From Camelus ferus (taxonomy: Eukaryota), in NCBI RefSeq assembly GCF_009834535.1, contig NC_045716.1:22692001-22756000 (forward strand): a stretch of DNA of 64,000 nt. Direction: 5' to 3'. The notes beneath the pieces are model-generated. The model was given only the letters and a program-made list of their open reading frames with translations. It did no database searches and was not told where the DNA came from. Within the stretch, counting starts at the first letter, position 1. Each line of letters opens with the position of its first letter. Position numbers and translations under genes: made by a program. Below are positions 24,020 through 36,639 of the stretch, piece after piece.

Positions 24020-24539
24020 GTAAGGGCTGCTCGATGGCCATTCGGGATCCTGAAAGCTCACCTGGGGAAGAGAGGGAGGAACCCATTTTATACATTAGAA
24101 TTTGTCATTTCTGCACATCTCTGGCTAGTAGGAATTTCCTAGAGTTTTGAGAATACTGGGTTACTATTTTACCTAAGGAAATGATGTAGGCAAGTTATTT
24201 TTTTTCTCCAAAAAACCTGGATTTGTTTTGTTCTCTCTAGACCTTTAGTTTCATCAACTGGATGATGGTAATTGCTTGTTTTTCCACAAAAGACAGGCAA
24301 CACCTGCCTTTTCACCAAGCCTACATAGAGGGTTCTTGAGTTTTTTTTCCATTCTATGACCACTATCAAAAATGCTCTATCTCTACCAAAGCGTAGGTTA
24401 AATCTTAAACTATGGATAAGTAAGAGGGTAGATAGGAAGTTGGCACTATCATGTATCATTGATACAGCTTAACAGTTGTATTGCCACCACCATATGACCA
24501 CCCAGACACAGCTCTGTATCTTTAGTCATTTTTGTTTTG

Positions 24540-24782
24540 TTTTTCTTTTTTTTAAATTTTTTAACATTTATTTTATTGAGTTATAGTCATTTTACAATGT
24601 TGTGTCAAATTCCAATGTAGAGCACAATTTTTCAGTTATACATGAACATAGATATATTCATTGTCACATTTTTTTTCGCTGTGAGCTACCACAAGATCTT
24701 GTATATATTTCCCTGTGCTACACAGTATAATCTTGTTTATCTATTCTACATTTTGAAATCCCAGTCTGTCCCTTCCCACCCC
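24540..24782 (-). mobile_element. Young L1 3' end (lineage-specific), antisense
   Basis: Poly-T followed by ttacaatgttgtgtcaaattcc...ccctgtgctacacagtataatcttgtttatctattc; related to the element at 76-238. Confidence 0.7.
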
Positions 24783-24910
24783 GCTAGTCTTTTTAATTCT
24801 TTTAGAATTTCCCCCCAACTCACTCATCGGCCCATTTTTAAGTTTGGGAAATTAATTAGAAAGACAATGAATGACAAAGGGGGACTATCATTGTTCTGTT
24901 ATCTCCACAG

Positions 24911-25077
24911 AGATCCCATTTCATGCTGAAGGCCGGCATCCCCGTTCCTTAATGGGCAAGAATTTCCGCTCCTACCTGCTAGATCTTCGAAACACTAGTA
25001 CTCCTTTCAAGGGTGTGCGCAAGGCGCTCGTGGATACCCTGCTGGATGGCTATGAGACAGCCCGCTATGGGACAGGG
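24911..25077 (+). CDS. C1orf43: C1orf43 exon 5 (167 nt): IPFHAEGRHPRSLMGKNFRSYLLDLRNTSTPFKGVRKALVDTLLDGYETARYGTG
   Basis: ORF track 24871..25179; cacag acceptor and gtaagc donor. Confidence 0.97.
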
Positions 25078-25162
25078 GTAAGCTGGACGGCCACTTACTC
25101 CTCCGAGGAGCTAAAGGGGTTCCTTAGACTGAGAGCCTCATTCTTCCTTCCTCTTTCTTCAG

Positions 25163-25221
25163 GTCTTTGGCCAGAGTGAGTACCTGCGCTATCAGGAGGC
25201 CCTGAGTGAGCTGGCCACCGT
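25163..25221 (+). CDS. C1orf43: C1orf43 exon 6 (59 nt): VFGQSEYLRYQEALSELAT
   Basis: Translation match; ttcag acceptor and gtgagt donor. Confidence 0.96.
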
Positions 25222-26099
25222 GTGAGTTTGAAGGGGAATGTGTCAGATGGAGCTGGTTAGAGGATACAGGGGTGCTGGACTGTTCCCACAGTGAGATGAC
25301 CTTCAAAAGCAATGTGAACAAAATCTGTGATAACAGAGTTGTCAGGTCCTAGACTGTTAGAGCTGCCTCTCACTCACATTGGAGAACAGATACTGCTCTA
25401 CAAGCTGACAAGAGAAGTTTCTCCTACTTTTGTGCATGTACATCTGTTTCTTTTCTTGTTGGTTTTTGGCTTTTTGTTTTTACTTTTCCAGTCCAGCTCA
25501 GGAAATTGTCAGAATTGGTGTAACCTATCACACCAATAAAGGGAAAAAAGTTTCAGCACACAAAGATTCCTCCTCTTCCAGGGTCCCAGTGTCCTCCTTT
25601 TATGTCATGGTCTGATAAAAGTAAGAATTACATGCTGTGTTTATTACCACTTAAAGTATTAGTAACCCTGTTTAAAACAAAAAATACCAATAAAGAGTCA
25701 GCTGTTGAGGGTTTGTGTTATAGAAGAGGAAGAATGACCTTTGTCTGGGAATGTTTTAAATATGCGCTCATAAAGCTTCATTATGTTCTTTATGCAAATG
25801 TTTAGCTGAAAAGGTAAAGAGGTAAAACCAACCTAGAATAAAAAATTAGTTACCAGCCATGAAAAGAATACATCTGTTTTCTGCTTTGTCGAATATGACT
25901 TTTTCTCTAAAGATAAAGAGTTTGTCTGTTCTGTCTTCTCTCTATTCTTAAAAATAATCTAGCTTGTTCTAAAGACAAAAGGTCTGGTAGAAACTACTTA
26001 GAACACTAATGAAAATGCACATGTGGAGAGAGTGAAAGAGGACGTGTGGTCTAGAAATCAGGCAGGAGGCCTATTCAGAATTCAGTTTCTTTTAAAGAT

Positions 26100-26365
26100 A
26101 CATATTGTGTGATTCCACTTATGTGAGGTACCTAGAGTGGTCAAAAATCATAGAGACAGAAAGTAGAATGGTGGTTGCCAGGGGCTGGAAGGAAGGGGGA
26201 CTAGAGAGTTGTTTAANNNNNNNNNNNNNNNNNNNNNNNNNNNNNNNNNNNNNNNNNNNNNNNNNNNNNNNNNNNNNNNNNNNNNNNNNNNNNNNNNNNN
26301 NNNNNNNNNNNNNNNNNNNNNNNNNNNNNNNNNNNNNNNNNNNNNCGCGATTTTTTTAAAAAATT
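26100..26365 (+). mobile_element. L1MB-like 3' fragment (contains N-run 26217-26345)
   Basis: gtgattccacttatgtgaggtacctagagtggtcaaaaatcatagagacagaaagtagaatggtggttgccagggg. Confidence 0.75.
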
Positions 26366-26401
26366 CAGTCTCTTTGATTTTTAGTTTGTAGAAAATTTCA
26401 G

Positions 26402-26625
26402 TGGGTATAGTGAAGAATATAGGCACTGAAATCTGACAAACTTACTTTTGAATCCCAGCTCTCTGTCACTTACTAGCTTTGTGACCTCAGGCAAGTTACT
26501 TAATGGACCTTCAGTTTCCTAACCTGCAAAATGGGGATGATGACCACCATATAGGTGGGATGTTAGTAAATTAGATGTTAGTGAAGTGCCAAGTTTAATG
26601 TCCTAACGTGGTAAGTATTCAGTAG
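26402..26625 (+). mobile_element. MIR SINE
   Basis: Core tttgaatcccagctct...tgtgacctcaggcaagttacttaa...tcagtttcct..ctgcaaaatgggga. Confidence 0.75.
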
Positions 26626-26962
26626 TTACTTCAGTATTACTTTTTGGTATTCAGTTGTTTCAAGGGACTGTCTTTGGACTCAGAGTATATTAGTGGCATA
26701 CAGACATTAGGTGAATCAACAGAATTAAGTTTTCTTGAAGGATAGTGAGATGAAGACAAGGTTGAGCCAGAGGCAGGGACTCAGTGGGAGAAATGGTTTC
26801 TCTGCTGTTTCTAAGCTACTGGATGGGATTTTTAGTAGCTAGTGTATAAAATAGGACAGAGACCATTTGTGGCTACAGCTGCGTTTATAGAATGGATAAA
26901 CCTTGAATTGTTTTCTGTTAGTCCTCATTCTGTCCATGATCTGCCCTCTCTGTATTCTTCAG

Positions 26963-27158
26963 GGTCAAAGCACGAAGTGGGAGCTCTCAGCGACAACATC
27001 AGTCAGCAGCCAGAGACCTAACCCAGTCTCCTGAAGTCTCCCCAACAACCATCCAGGTGACATACCTCCCCTCCAGTCAGAAGAGTAAACGTGCCAAGCA
27101 TTTCCTCGAATTGAAGAGCTTTAAGGACAACTACAACACACTGGAGAGTACTCTGTGA
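26963..27158 (+). CDS. C1orf43: C1orf43 exon 7 to stop: VKARSGSSQRQHQSAARDLTQSPEVSPTTIQVTYLPSSQKSKRAKHFLELKSFKDNYNTLESTL*
   Basis: Translation match; ttcag acceptor; TGA at 27156-27158. Confidence 0.97.
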
Positions 27159-27756
27159 TGGAGCTGCCGGGCTCTCACTGCTACTAGAGCCAGATGGACT
27201 GCAGTGTGCTCGCCAGGTGACCCTCAGGTCTGGCTCAGCAGCCCAGACTGGATCAGCTGAAGGTCCGGCTGTGTTCAGAGCTCAAGGTGGATCATGCCTA
27301 GAGGATCATTCTCCCACCCTTTCTTGTGGCCAGTTTCAGAACATTAGTTAAGACTTTATTTTCCCTTGGTAGCACTTTTCTCTGGAGTTGAATTCAGATG
27401 TTTTTTCTTAATATTTGTCAAAGCTTCCTTAAAAATCCTCACTTGGTTTTGGTCATGGTTCATCTGCCCTTTTCCAGACTATAAATAATCCCGAGAGTGA
27501 GAGTTGAGGTGACGGGGCTTGGGTCTTGTCCTCTGTATCTACCCCTTTGTACACGGTTGAATGGGAACCATTTGGGTGTGAGAGTTGATTGGTGGGAAAG
27601 GCAGACAAGAACTGATGGGGAGGTTGGATGAGGCCATGAGTGGTATGTGGAACAACTCACCCTGTGGCTCCACTTAAACCAGGATGTGTTGAAACATTAA
27701 CATAGCTTCCCTGGTGTGCAAGGATCTACTTTCCACTTTCATTCTATACTGTCATG

Positions 27757-27936
27757 AATAAATTGAAAAGGTAATGTTTTGACACCTGACATAACCCCAC
27801 CCCCTCCTCATTTGTGGGATAGTGTGAAGAAATGGTCAGACCAATATACTAGTCTGACTTTATAAATTATTTAATAAAATGAACAACTGAAAAATTAAGC
27901 AAATGAGTCATTCCTTTACATTTGGTTTTTAATAAA
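27757..27936 (+). terminator. C1orf43: C1orf43 polyadenylation signals, AATAAA at 27757, 27873 and 27931
   Basis: Three hexamers 600-780 nt after the stop codon; which are used is not determinable from sequence. Confidence 0.65.
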
Positions 27937-28248
27937 ACAGGCATATGATATGCTCTCTGGACCTAGGATCGTATGGACACTCCTTTGGACACTCCTTTAG
28001 AAGAAATCCTAAAATTGGGACGGTGGTCCTTGCTCACAGAATTGCCTGTGTCGCAAATAGAAGGCTGGAGACCCAGGATTCCCTTCAGGTCTCCAGGGCA
28101 GCAGCCCAGGTGACCAATCAAGTCCTGGGCCTAGGGTCATTGTTGGAGGCGCAAATGTTGCTATGACTACTGAAACCTCGGTGACTAAACTAAACAGAAA
28201 GGAGAGCCTGCTCAGTCTCCCAAGACCATGTCAAGCAAGTCTGCAGAC

Positions 28249-28281
28249 ATGTCTGTGGAAAAGATGGTACAAGTAGAAGAG
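28249..28281 (+). CDS. CFAP141: CFAP141 (C1orf189) exon 1: MSVEKMVQVEE; in-frame upstream ATG at 28228
   Basis: Matches recalled human MSVEKMTKVEE; gtatgc donor. Confidence 0.88.
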
Positions 28282-28626
28282 GTATGCAGAACTGGAAGAA
28301 GGGGCTGGGTTGGAGGAGTTTCCTGATCGATTTACTGGAAATGGATGGTTTCCTGAGAGGCCCTTGATGTAACAGGAGGACAGTAACAGGAGTGGGAGAC
28401 TATGTCTGGCACATAGTAGGTATTCAAATATTTGTTGCATACCAACCCCTGCATGTTTCCTTTGATCCATTCTGAAAGGAGTAGGACTTTCTCCCCACCT
28501 CCTCTAGGAAATTGGCTACAGCTTCTCTCAAAAGAGAAAGGTCTATGTGTCTCCCACTACGTTAGGGTACTGGGGGGGAGGTACTGGAGATCAAGGCAGA
28601 TCAACAGAAACCCCCTTTTCTTGCAG

Positions 28627-28667
28627 AGTTTACAAAGGGTCCTGGGACTTAAGAAGATGGTTGACAG
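28627..28667 (+). CDS. CFAP141: CFAP141 exon 2 (41 nt): SLQRVLGLKKMVDR
   Basis: ttgcag acceptor and gtaatc donor; similar to human SFQKAMGLKKTIDR. Confidence 0.88.
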
Positions 28668-29065
28668 GTAATCTCTGCCTCTATCCCTTTCCTTACCCTG
28701 CTTGACCTTTTCACACTCCTGTCCTCCCTAAGCCACCTCTCAGATCTGCTCCAAATTGCTAGGGGTCATCAAGAAGGCAGACAGGTAAGGAGGGGACAAG
28801 AAGCAGCCCTTGCTTCACAAGCAGATTGCCCCTTGCTCCACAGTCCCTGAAGGAAAATTGGAGCAAGTTTCTGTTGTTTTCTTTTTTTATTTTTTAAGGA
28901 AAGTTCAAGTATTTGTTGCCTGGCATTGTACTAACCATGTGGTAAGTATGCAGTATTTGTTGAATGAATGAATGCAAAGATTCAAAAGACTAGACTATAA
29001 TATCTCCGTCACCTGGTTAGCTTTTGGAAAAAACACAGGTCTTCACCCAGAAGATTCTGACTTAA

Positions 29066-29255
29066 ATGGTCTGGGATTAGATAGGATAAGCCTGTTTTTT
29101 AAGGCTTTACACCCCTGTTTTTAAGGCATGTTACACCCCAAGATAGCAAGGATGTAAGTTATGGTCTGGGATTAGATAGGATAAATCTGTTTTTTAAGGC
29201 TTTACACCCCAGGTTTTAAGGCATGTTACACCCCAAGGTAGCAAGGATGTAAGTT
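29066..29255 (+). repeat. Tandem duplication, 2 x 95 bp, 5 mismatches
   Basis: 29066-29160 aligned by eye to 29161-29255. Confidence 0.93.
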
Positions 29256-30134
29256 ATCAAGAATGCATACAATTTTGGTGGTAGTCAAGAGTTACGTAGT
29301 CTTTTTATGAAGGTAGTTTGATGAAATCTATCTAAATTTTAAATTCACATGTCCTTTCGAACTGGAAACTCTACTGCTATTTACATTATACATATGGGTG
29401 CAAAAGCACTAGAATGTACATACACGAGTATTCATGACAGCATTGTTTATAAAAGTGAAAAACCTAGAAGCAATGTAGCTGGTTAAACTGTACAAAAGTA
29501 CTAGGCAGACTTTAAACAGGATGAAGCAAATGAAATGGAATGAAAGTCCAAATTGTTAAGTAATACTGCTTATGTAAATGTATGATTTCATGTTAAAAAA
29601 TTTAAAAGATACACTTGCTGGTATATGCTAGAAGAATTGTGAAACTGTAAGAACTGTAAGAATTTTGTTGAGAAAGACTGGGGCAGAAGAATGAAGGTTT
29701 CACTTTTCATTTAGTATATGTTTCTGTATGGATTTAACTTTTCAGCCCTCTGTAAAAAATACTTGATTTAAAAAATGTCAACAAGGGTTATCTGAACAGA
29801 AGATAACGTGTGTATATTTCTTTAATGTATTAACGAACATTAACAAACGATTCCGGAATGTGTCTAGCCAGGATTGAGTATCACTGGTATGATGGACGGA
29901 ATTAATCTTTAGATTGGATTTGATACCCGGGTCTGCCATTAAGTGACCTTGGGCAACCATCTGAACTTTTAAGTTTTCCCGTCTGTATGATGCAAATATT
30001 AATATCTACGACACATGGTTATTATGATGATTAAATGACATAATATACTTAATATATACTAGGTTCTAAGCCAGTTCTAGTTATTCTTTCAAGGAGTTTG
30101 CAGTCTTCTGACACTGGCACAGAAGTTCTGGTGA

Positions 30135-30485
<351 letters not shown>

Positions 30486-30917
30486 TAACTCTTTAAAACC
30501 AACGCTCTTTTTCATTAAGTAGTTCATTGCATCCAGCTGCAGATGGCACATTCTAAAGTCCCAAAGTGCAATCTAGTTCCTGCTCCTCTCATCTTGGTGA
30601 GACTCAAAACTGCTTCTTAGTGCCCAGCACCTGCCTCTCAGAATCTCTCTCTCTCCCTGGAGTCCCCACTTGCTGTCATGTCACCATCTTTGTATCCGAG
30701 ATGTCTAGAACAGTTTCTGATTCACTGTATGTTCTCAGCAAATATTTGCTGAACATAGGGCTTCACTCATGGAGAAAAAAAAAAAAATGAGTAGGCTTCC
30801 CCCGAGCAGTTCAGCGTCTACGCTCCTGCCTAGTTTATGTCACAGCTAAATCCAGATCCCAGGAGAACACGGGTGATGGGAAAGCAACCAGGAAGAAAGA
30901 ATGAGAAAGGGGTGTAA

Positions 30918-31061
<144 letters not shown>

Positions 31062-31379
31062 TGGCATTTGAAACATCGTCTTTCCATTCTCACCATACCT
31101 GCTAACCTAGCCTTCTTGAGCCCCTACCACCTTGAACTTCCTTCCCCAAACTCACCCAGATCTAGTTATCTGCTCAGAATTTAAGACTGCTCCCACTCTC
31201 ACCTCTTTCATATCCATGTCAAACCCCTGGTGCTATTTGGGAAACGATCTATGACACAATGGTTAAAAACAAGAGTGACGCCTTGTGGTCAGAATGAGAT
31301 ATGCAGTGTTGATGTAAGCACGGGGAGAGGAGGCAGATAGATGGACAATGTGAGCAGAGAATCCTGATTTCATTTAAGA

Positions 31380-31385
31380 AATAAA
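31380..31385 (+). terminator. CFAP141: Probable CFAP141 polyA signal AATAAA
   Basis: First AATAAA I see after the stop codon (~320 nt downstream). Confidence 0.55.
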
Positions 31386-32244
31386 GCTAGTTCTTAAAGA
31401 TTCAAACTTATATTGCTGTGCTCATTCTTTCAACCCTATCTCTTGATCTGTTTCAAAACTGCTTATTCACAACTGCCATAATCATAATACAGCTTCCTGA
31501 ATTTTGATCACCACCTCTCAGATCTCACTTCCACGGATCTTTTCTGTATACTTGGACAAATAACTCTGAATGTGGTTATTAATCCACAGACACTGTGGTG
31601 CTTGCTGTCACGAGGCCTGGATTTTAGGTTTTGACTCAGCCAGTTATTGTGAGACCTTGGACAAGTCTCCTTCCTCTGGATTTCTGCCTGAATTCCCACC
31701 TCTGCAAAATGACAGGTCTCCAAACTCAAATGCCTTCAGGGGTCAGGCAGGTAATACAGCAGGTGTAAGGAGATAAGAAATGGTGGGATTAATGGGGGAC
31801 TGGAAAGAACACATTAAATCTAAATGCATTCAAAATTTTGAAAAGTACTAATTAATCATGGCCATCTATAGGCCACAGAGAACCATACTTATAAAGATCC
31901 AGTTTACATACAAATGACATCTCAAGCCAGAGAGACTCCCATTCTGCAGCCAGTAACAGTTGCAGGAACATACCATCACTCATGCTGTCATCTCCATCAT
32001 ACCTACTTTTCCCTGTTCTCTCACCTTGCCGTCTGCATTCTCAATGGTTACTCATCCTTCCACACTGATTGATCATTTCCTGCTCTTAACTCCATGTAGC
32101 TCAGTCTCCACTGCAAAACTGACACCCTTCCTCCCCCTCCCCCAAATGCGTGTCTATCCTTCAATATGTGTTTTTCATTTCAGCTGTCAGAGCTTCCCCC
32201 TTCACTCCCTACACACCTCACTGACAAGCACAGAGAGGCAGCAG

Positions 32245-32460
32245 GGTATATAGAGAGGAGCACCCGCTTTGGAGTCAAGGGTGGGTTCAGAGTCTGACTT
32301 GACCTGTTAATTGTTGTGTCACCACATACAAGTTACATCTCTGAGCCTCAATTTTCTCCTCTGAAAATGAAGATAATACCTGTCTCATAGGATCATTATG
32401 AGGATTAAATAAGGTAATACATGTAGAGAGCAAGCCTGGTGCTTGGCCCCCAGTAGGTAT
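32245..32460 (+). mobile_element. MIR SINE
   Basis: gctttggagtca...caagttacatctctgagcctcaattttctcctctgaaaatgaagataatacctgtctcataggatcattatgaggattaaataag. Confidence 0.72.
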
Positions 32461-32934
32461 CCTCCCTTTTCCCCCTTAGGAGGTTTCCCGGTGACCCAGG
32501 TCCTTCATAGTTCCCCGGCTGGCCCCTAGCCAGCCCCGTTTTGCAGCTCTAATGTCATTCTCCATCCCAAGCCTGTCTTTCTTTCTGTCCTATATATGTC
32601 CATTCATCCTCCAGTCTCCATCAGCCCTGCTTCCCAAGCCCTCTTATCTTTAGTCAATAACTACTCATGAGTTGTTACACCAAACAAAACATGGAGCTCA
32701 CAGGCTGGTGGGGGAGACAGGCATTGAACAAGTCATGGCAGGTATGATGGGAGTTTTATAGGAGAGAAAACCACACACATGTGTCCTGGATGTGACCTGT
32801 AAAGCTAAGACTGAGTCTCCCATTCCTGCTTTCTCTTCCCTGCCCTTCCCATGGGGCCATCATGCCTTCACTTCTTTCATCTTCCCTCTTAATCTATCTC
32901 CCAGCCACCCCCTGCCTCTAATGTTTGTGCCGCG

Positions 32935-33140
32935 TAGCCTGGTGTTAGGAGAACAGGCTTTCACAGGGCAAATCTGGGTTTGAATCCTGACTGCTACTTA
33001 TTGCCTTTGTGGCCTTGACCAAATGACTTTAACTTTCTGGGTCACAAGGGTTTTGTTTTGTTTTGTTTTGTTTTGTTTATGTAAAATGGAGATAATACCT
33101 ACCTCATTGGATTACTGTGGGGATTAAATAAAACACTTAG
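32935..33140 (+). mobile_element. MIR SINE interrupted by a (GTTTT)n tract at ~33053-33078
   Basis: ctgggtttgaatcctgactgctactta...tgtaaaatggagataatacctacctcattggattactgtggggattaaata. Confidence 0.7.
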
Positions 33141-35213
33141 CAGAGAAGTGACATATAATGTCCAATAAATGGTAACCCATAATGATGTTTTCCTGCCCTA
33201 TGATAGTTTTCCTCTTTTTATTTCCTATTACCTGGCTTCCCCCCACCTCCTACCAACCTCCCTCACCAGCCCCTTTAATTCCTCTTTCCTCTGTTCATTT
33301 GGGCCCACAAAATGCCCCACCCCCTCTGCTTTGATCTCTGACCTTGGCCTCTCTCCCCAGGGCTTGTCAGTGTCAGGTTGGCTCCAGTATTGGCAGGCTG
33401 GCCCCCTACGGAGCCCATCTCCTGTGATCCTCTCTGCCTACTCTGTCCACTCTCATCACATCAGCTGAGTAGTTCACCCCATCATACCCATCAGCCCCCT
33501 TCCCCTCTGTGACTGGTGCTTTACCCAGCTCCTCAGGCTCAAAAACTCTCAGTCTTATTTGAAATGGCTGCACAGAAGGTACTTCCAGGAGAGCTAGAAA
33601 GCTTGCATCAGAGGCCATCTGATGTTTCCACCTAGCTATGCCATCCTGTCAGTCTCCTCCTAAGAGAGCTGCTCCTCCCCTACATCAATATTTCCAGCCT
33701 CTGGCTCTGTTTTCCGAGCTCCCCAAACACTGAAGTCCTTTCAGTTCCTACTAATCTCTTTCCCAGACTCTCTCCCTCCAGCCTTTGGTTCTCCAGGGTA
33801 GTTAAGCTTCCCAGAGAAGGGAACTAGAACTTGGAGAGGGCTGGGGAAAGGGGGTAGTAAGGGTAAAAAGGAAGGTCAAGAAAGTAAAATTACAAACTGA
33901 GAGCCATAAAAGAACAAGGACATCAGGCAACACCACAGGTGCCTATCTTGGGGCTTGTATGCCCATTTGTTCGTCTTCCCCTGGAAGGCAAGAGCCACAC
34001 AGTAGGAATTGACTGGGGCTCGGGACAAGCTATTGATCTGGATCAAGGGCACTGTCGAGTTGGCATATGTGTTTGTGTGTGTGTGTTGGGGGTGGGTGTC
34101 TGGACTAATGGGAACAAGGACACATGGAACAGGCCTGGGGGCTGAAGCAGAGCAGCCTCCTCCCACCCCCACATTTCCACCCAAGCCCCGCACCCAACCA
34201 GTGCAGCTATAACTCAGGCTCCTTTCTGCCACAGTAGAGAGAAGCATCTGCCCGCCACATGACGTTCAACAAACCTGGACTCTCTTCAGAAGAAAAATCT
34301 CCCAGAAAAGCAGGCACCAGGCTGGATCTCTATGAGGGAAGACCCTTAGAGAAGCCAGCCCAGGAGCTGTAAAAAGCCCCAGAAGAGGAGGCGAGTCCTA
34401 AGGGCTGCAGGCTGTTTCCTGGCAGAGGGGGTTTCTTCCCCCACCTCGATCTCCTAAAGTCTTAGTTTCAGTTCTGCCAGGCAGGAGAGACCTAAGTCTT
34501 CTCCAGAGCCTGCTAGTGACAGAGGTCCCTCTTCTCTTCTGGACATCCAAGGTGACTTTAAGGAGGATGCCTGGAGGACATGGGGAGAAGGTGAGAAGGG
34601 ATAAGGTGGTGGGAAGAAGCAGCCAAGCCTTCTGGAAGTTTCTCGCGGTTACTTATCTGTAGTACTTAAGAGCAAGAGGGTTCCAGGCTGGTGTCCTCTG
34701 AAAGGCCTTCAGCAGCCTTGTGGTAGCGGTCTGGAAAGGTTAGGAGCTCTGTCAGAAAGGTAAAGCAGGATGTGCAAACCCTTCACCCCCACTCCCGGAA
34801 AGTCTTGGGGCAGCTGGAGGGGAGCTGAGGAGAGCAGGTGGCAAGGTTGATGAGGAGCTGATGACATGGCTGATCCTCTGGGCACCAGGGCCGTGACATC
34901 AGGCGGAGAAGCTCCGTAGGGGAGCTTCGGGGAAGGATAGATGCCCAGATGTGGAGCCCTGCCAGATAGTCTTCCTGCTTTAGGCCAACGTGATCCAGCA
35001 AAGGCCAGGCACTGGTAGGAGAGGAGCCAAGACAGGGATGGCACGAAGAGCAGAAGAGTAAGAATTGGCTGTCTTGGGAGGCAAAGAGCAGGGGTCAGTG
35101 CCCTTCCCTAGGGAGATGGCTCTCCATCTAGCCATACTCGGTGGTTGGTGTCTCTGCTCTGTCCTTTCTTTGCAGTGGGGAGGAAGGCAGATGACCAGCA
35201 AAGCTCTCCTGCC

Positions 35214-35292
35214 TGCTTCTGTGTGATATGTTTGATATTGGGTTGTTTAATTAGGAACCAACTAAATGTCAAACATATTCTTACAGCAGTAG
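35214..35292 (+). ncRNA. MIR190B: pre-miR-190b; 5p UGAUAUGUUUGAUAUUGGGUUG (35224-35245), 3p ACUAAAUGUCAAACAUAUUCU (35261-35281)
   Basis: Near-identical to recalled hsa-mir-190b hairpin; the arms are complementary (atatgtttga / tcaaacatat); syntenic position. Confidence 0.97.
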
Positions 35293-36639
35293 GCAATTTG
35301 GCATCACACTCTTCCCCACCTCATCCTCTGGGACTCTGATGCTCCTGTCTTTGTTTCTGAACCTCTTCCCTCCAGGACCCCCTTGGAAGATCAGTGTCTG
35401 CAACCTATGTGGATTTCCATCTTAAGCTGGAGGGCTAGTGTGGGAGCAGGAGAGAGCTGGAGTCTGAGTATCAGATCTTCCTATATCTTTCCTTTGTACT
35501 AGAAGGGATATATCTCTGATCTCTTGTCCTTGTATTTTTCTTCTCTTCTTCAACACCCTCCCACCCCATAACTATCCACTGCTTCCTGTCCAGGAAACTG
35601 TCTTGTTCCCTAGTCCCACAGTAGAGGTCTTTGGTCTCTCTGCTTTCCTTCAAGAATCAGCTGATGGTCTGTCTGCCTATCTACCTCTAGTGACTGGAAG
35701 CTCTCTGAGTGGACTCCAGTTTTGCCCTCTTCCCAGTGGGTGTTCAGTCACCTCATGGTTGGGGCCTGGTATTAATACTGCCCTTCTATCTTTGACATAA
35801 TGACAATCAGAGCCATTTATGTTCTTCTCTGATAGCTCTGGTCACCTTGAACAGCACCCATCTCCCCCCTGGCATGTTCTCAGGTTGCATGGTGCCAGTG
35901 TCTGGGACCAACTGCCACCTGCCAGTAAAGAGTTCAAGTAGAAGAATGAACATGGCCTGGAACTAAGCCAGGGAGAATAGAGCTGGTAATGATGATTATG
36001 ATGATGAGTAGAGGCAGTTAAGAGGGGAGCAGAGGGTGTGGAAAAGAGGAGAGCAAGAGTATAAAAGTTCTATTTAAAGATCACTATGGGGAAATGGAGG
36101 ACATGATCCTATCTGGATTACTCTGACCGTCCTCCACTTTTCTGTCCCCTGCCACCCCGACCCACTTGAAGCACTGGGATAGCCTTCCAGATCCCAACCC
36201 TACCCTCTTACTCCGTCCCTGTGGCTCTTAAGGGGGTGGAATGAAGTCTCCCTGCCAATTAGAGAGTCTCAAAATAGCACAGTAATTTGATCTGGGGATA
36301 TGGGGGAATTGTCAAGGATCATGAGTAGCCGCCCCTCCTCACTTGCTCAAGTTCCCTGAATACCAGGAGTCAAAAGGTAAAACTCAACAAATAGAATTTG
36401 ATTAGCATCCAACACTAGCTCGGGTGAGAGTAAGGGGGAAGCTGAAGGGCAAGCAGGACCTTCTGGGTGAAAACTACTGTTCTAGAATTGCCAAAGTACC
36501 CGTCTCTATGTCAATGTTCTACCCCTCCCCTCTCCCTGCTCTTTTAAAATACCCATAGAGCTGCCCAGAGTGAGTGGAAAGTCACTTCAGGGTCAGGGAG
36601 AACCTTTCCCCTCCCCCAGTTTCCATTGTCTAAAATCAG

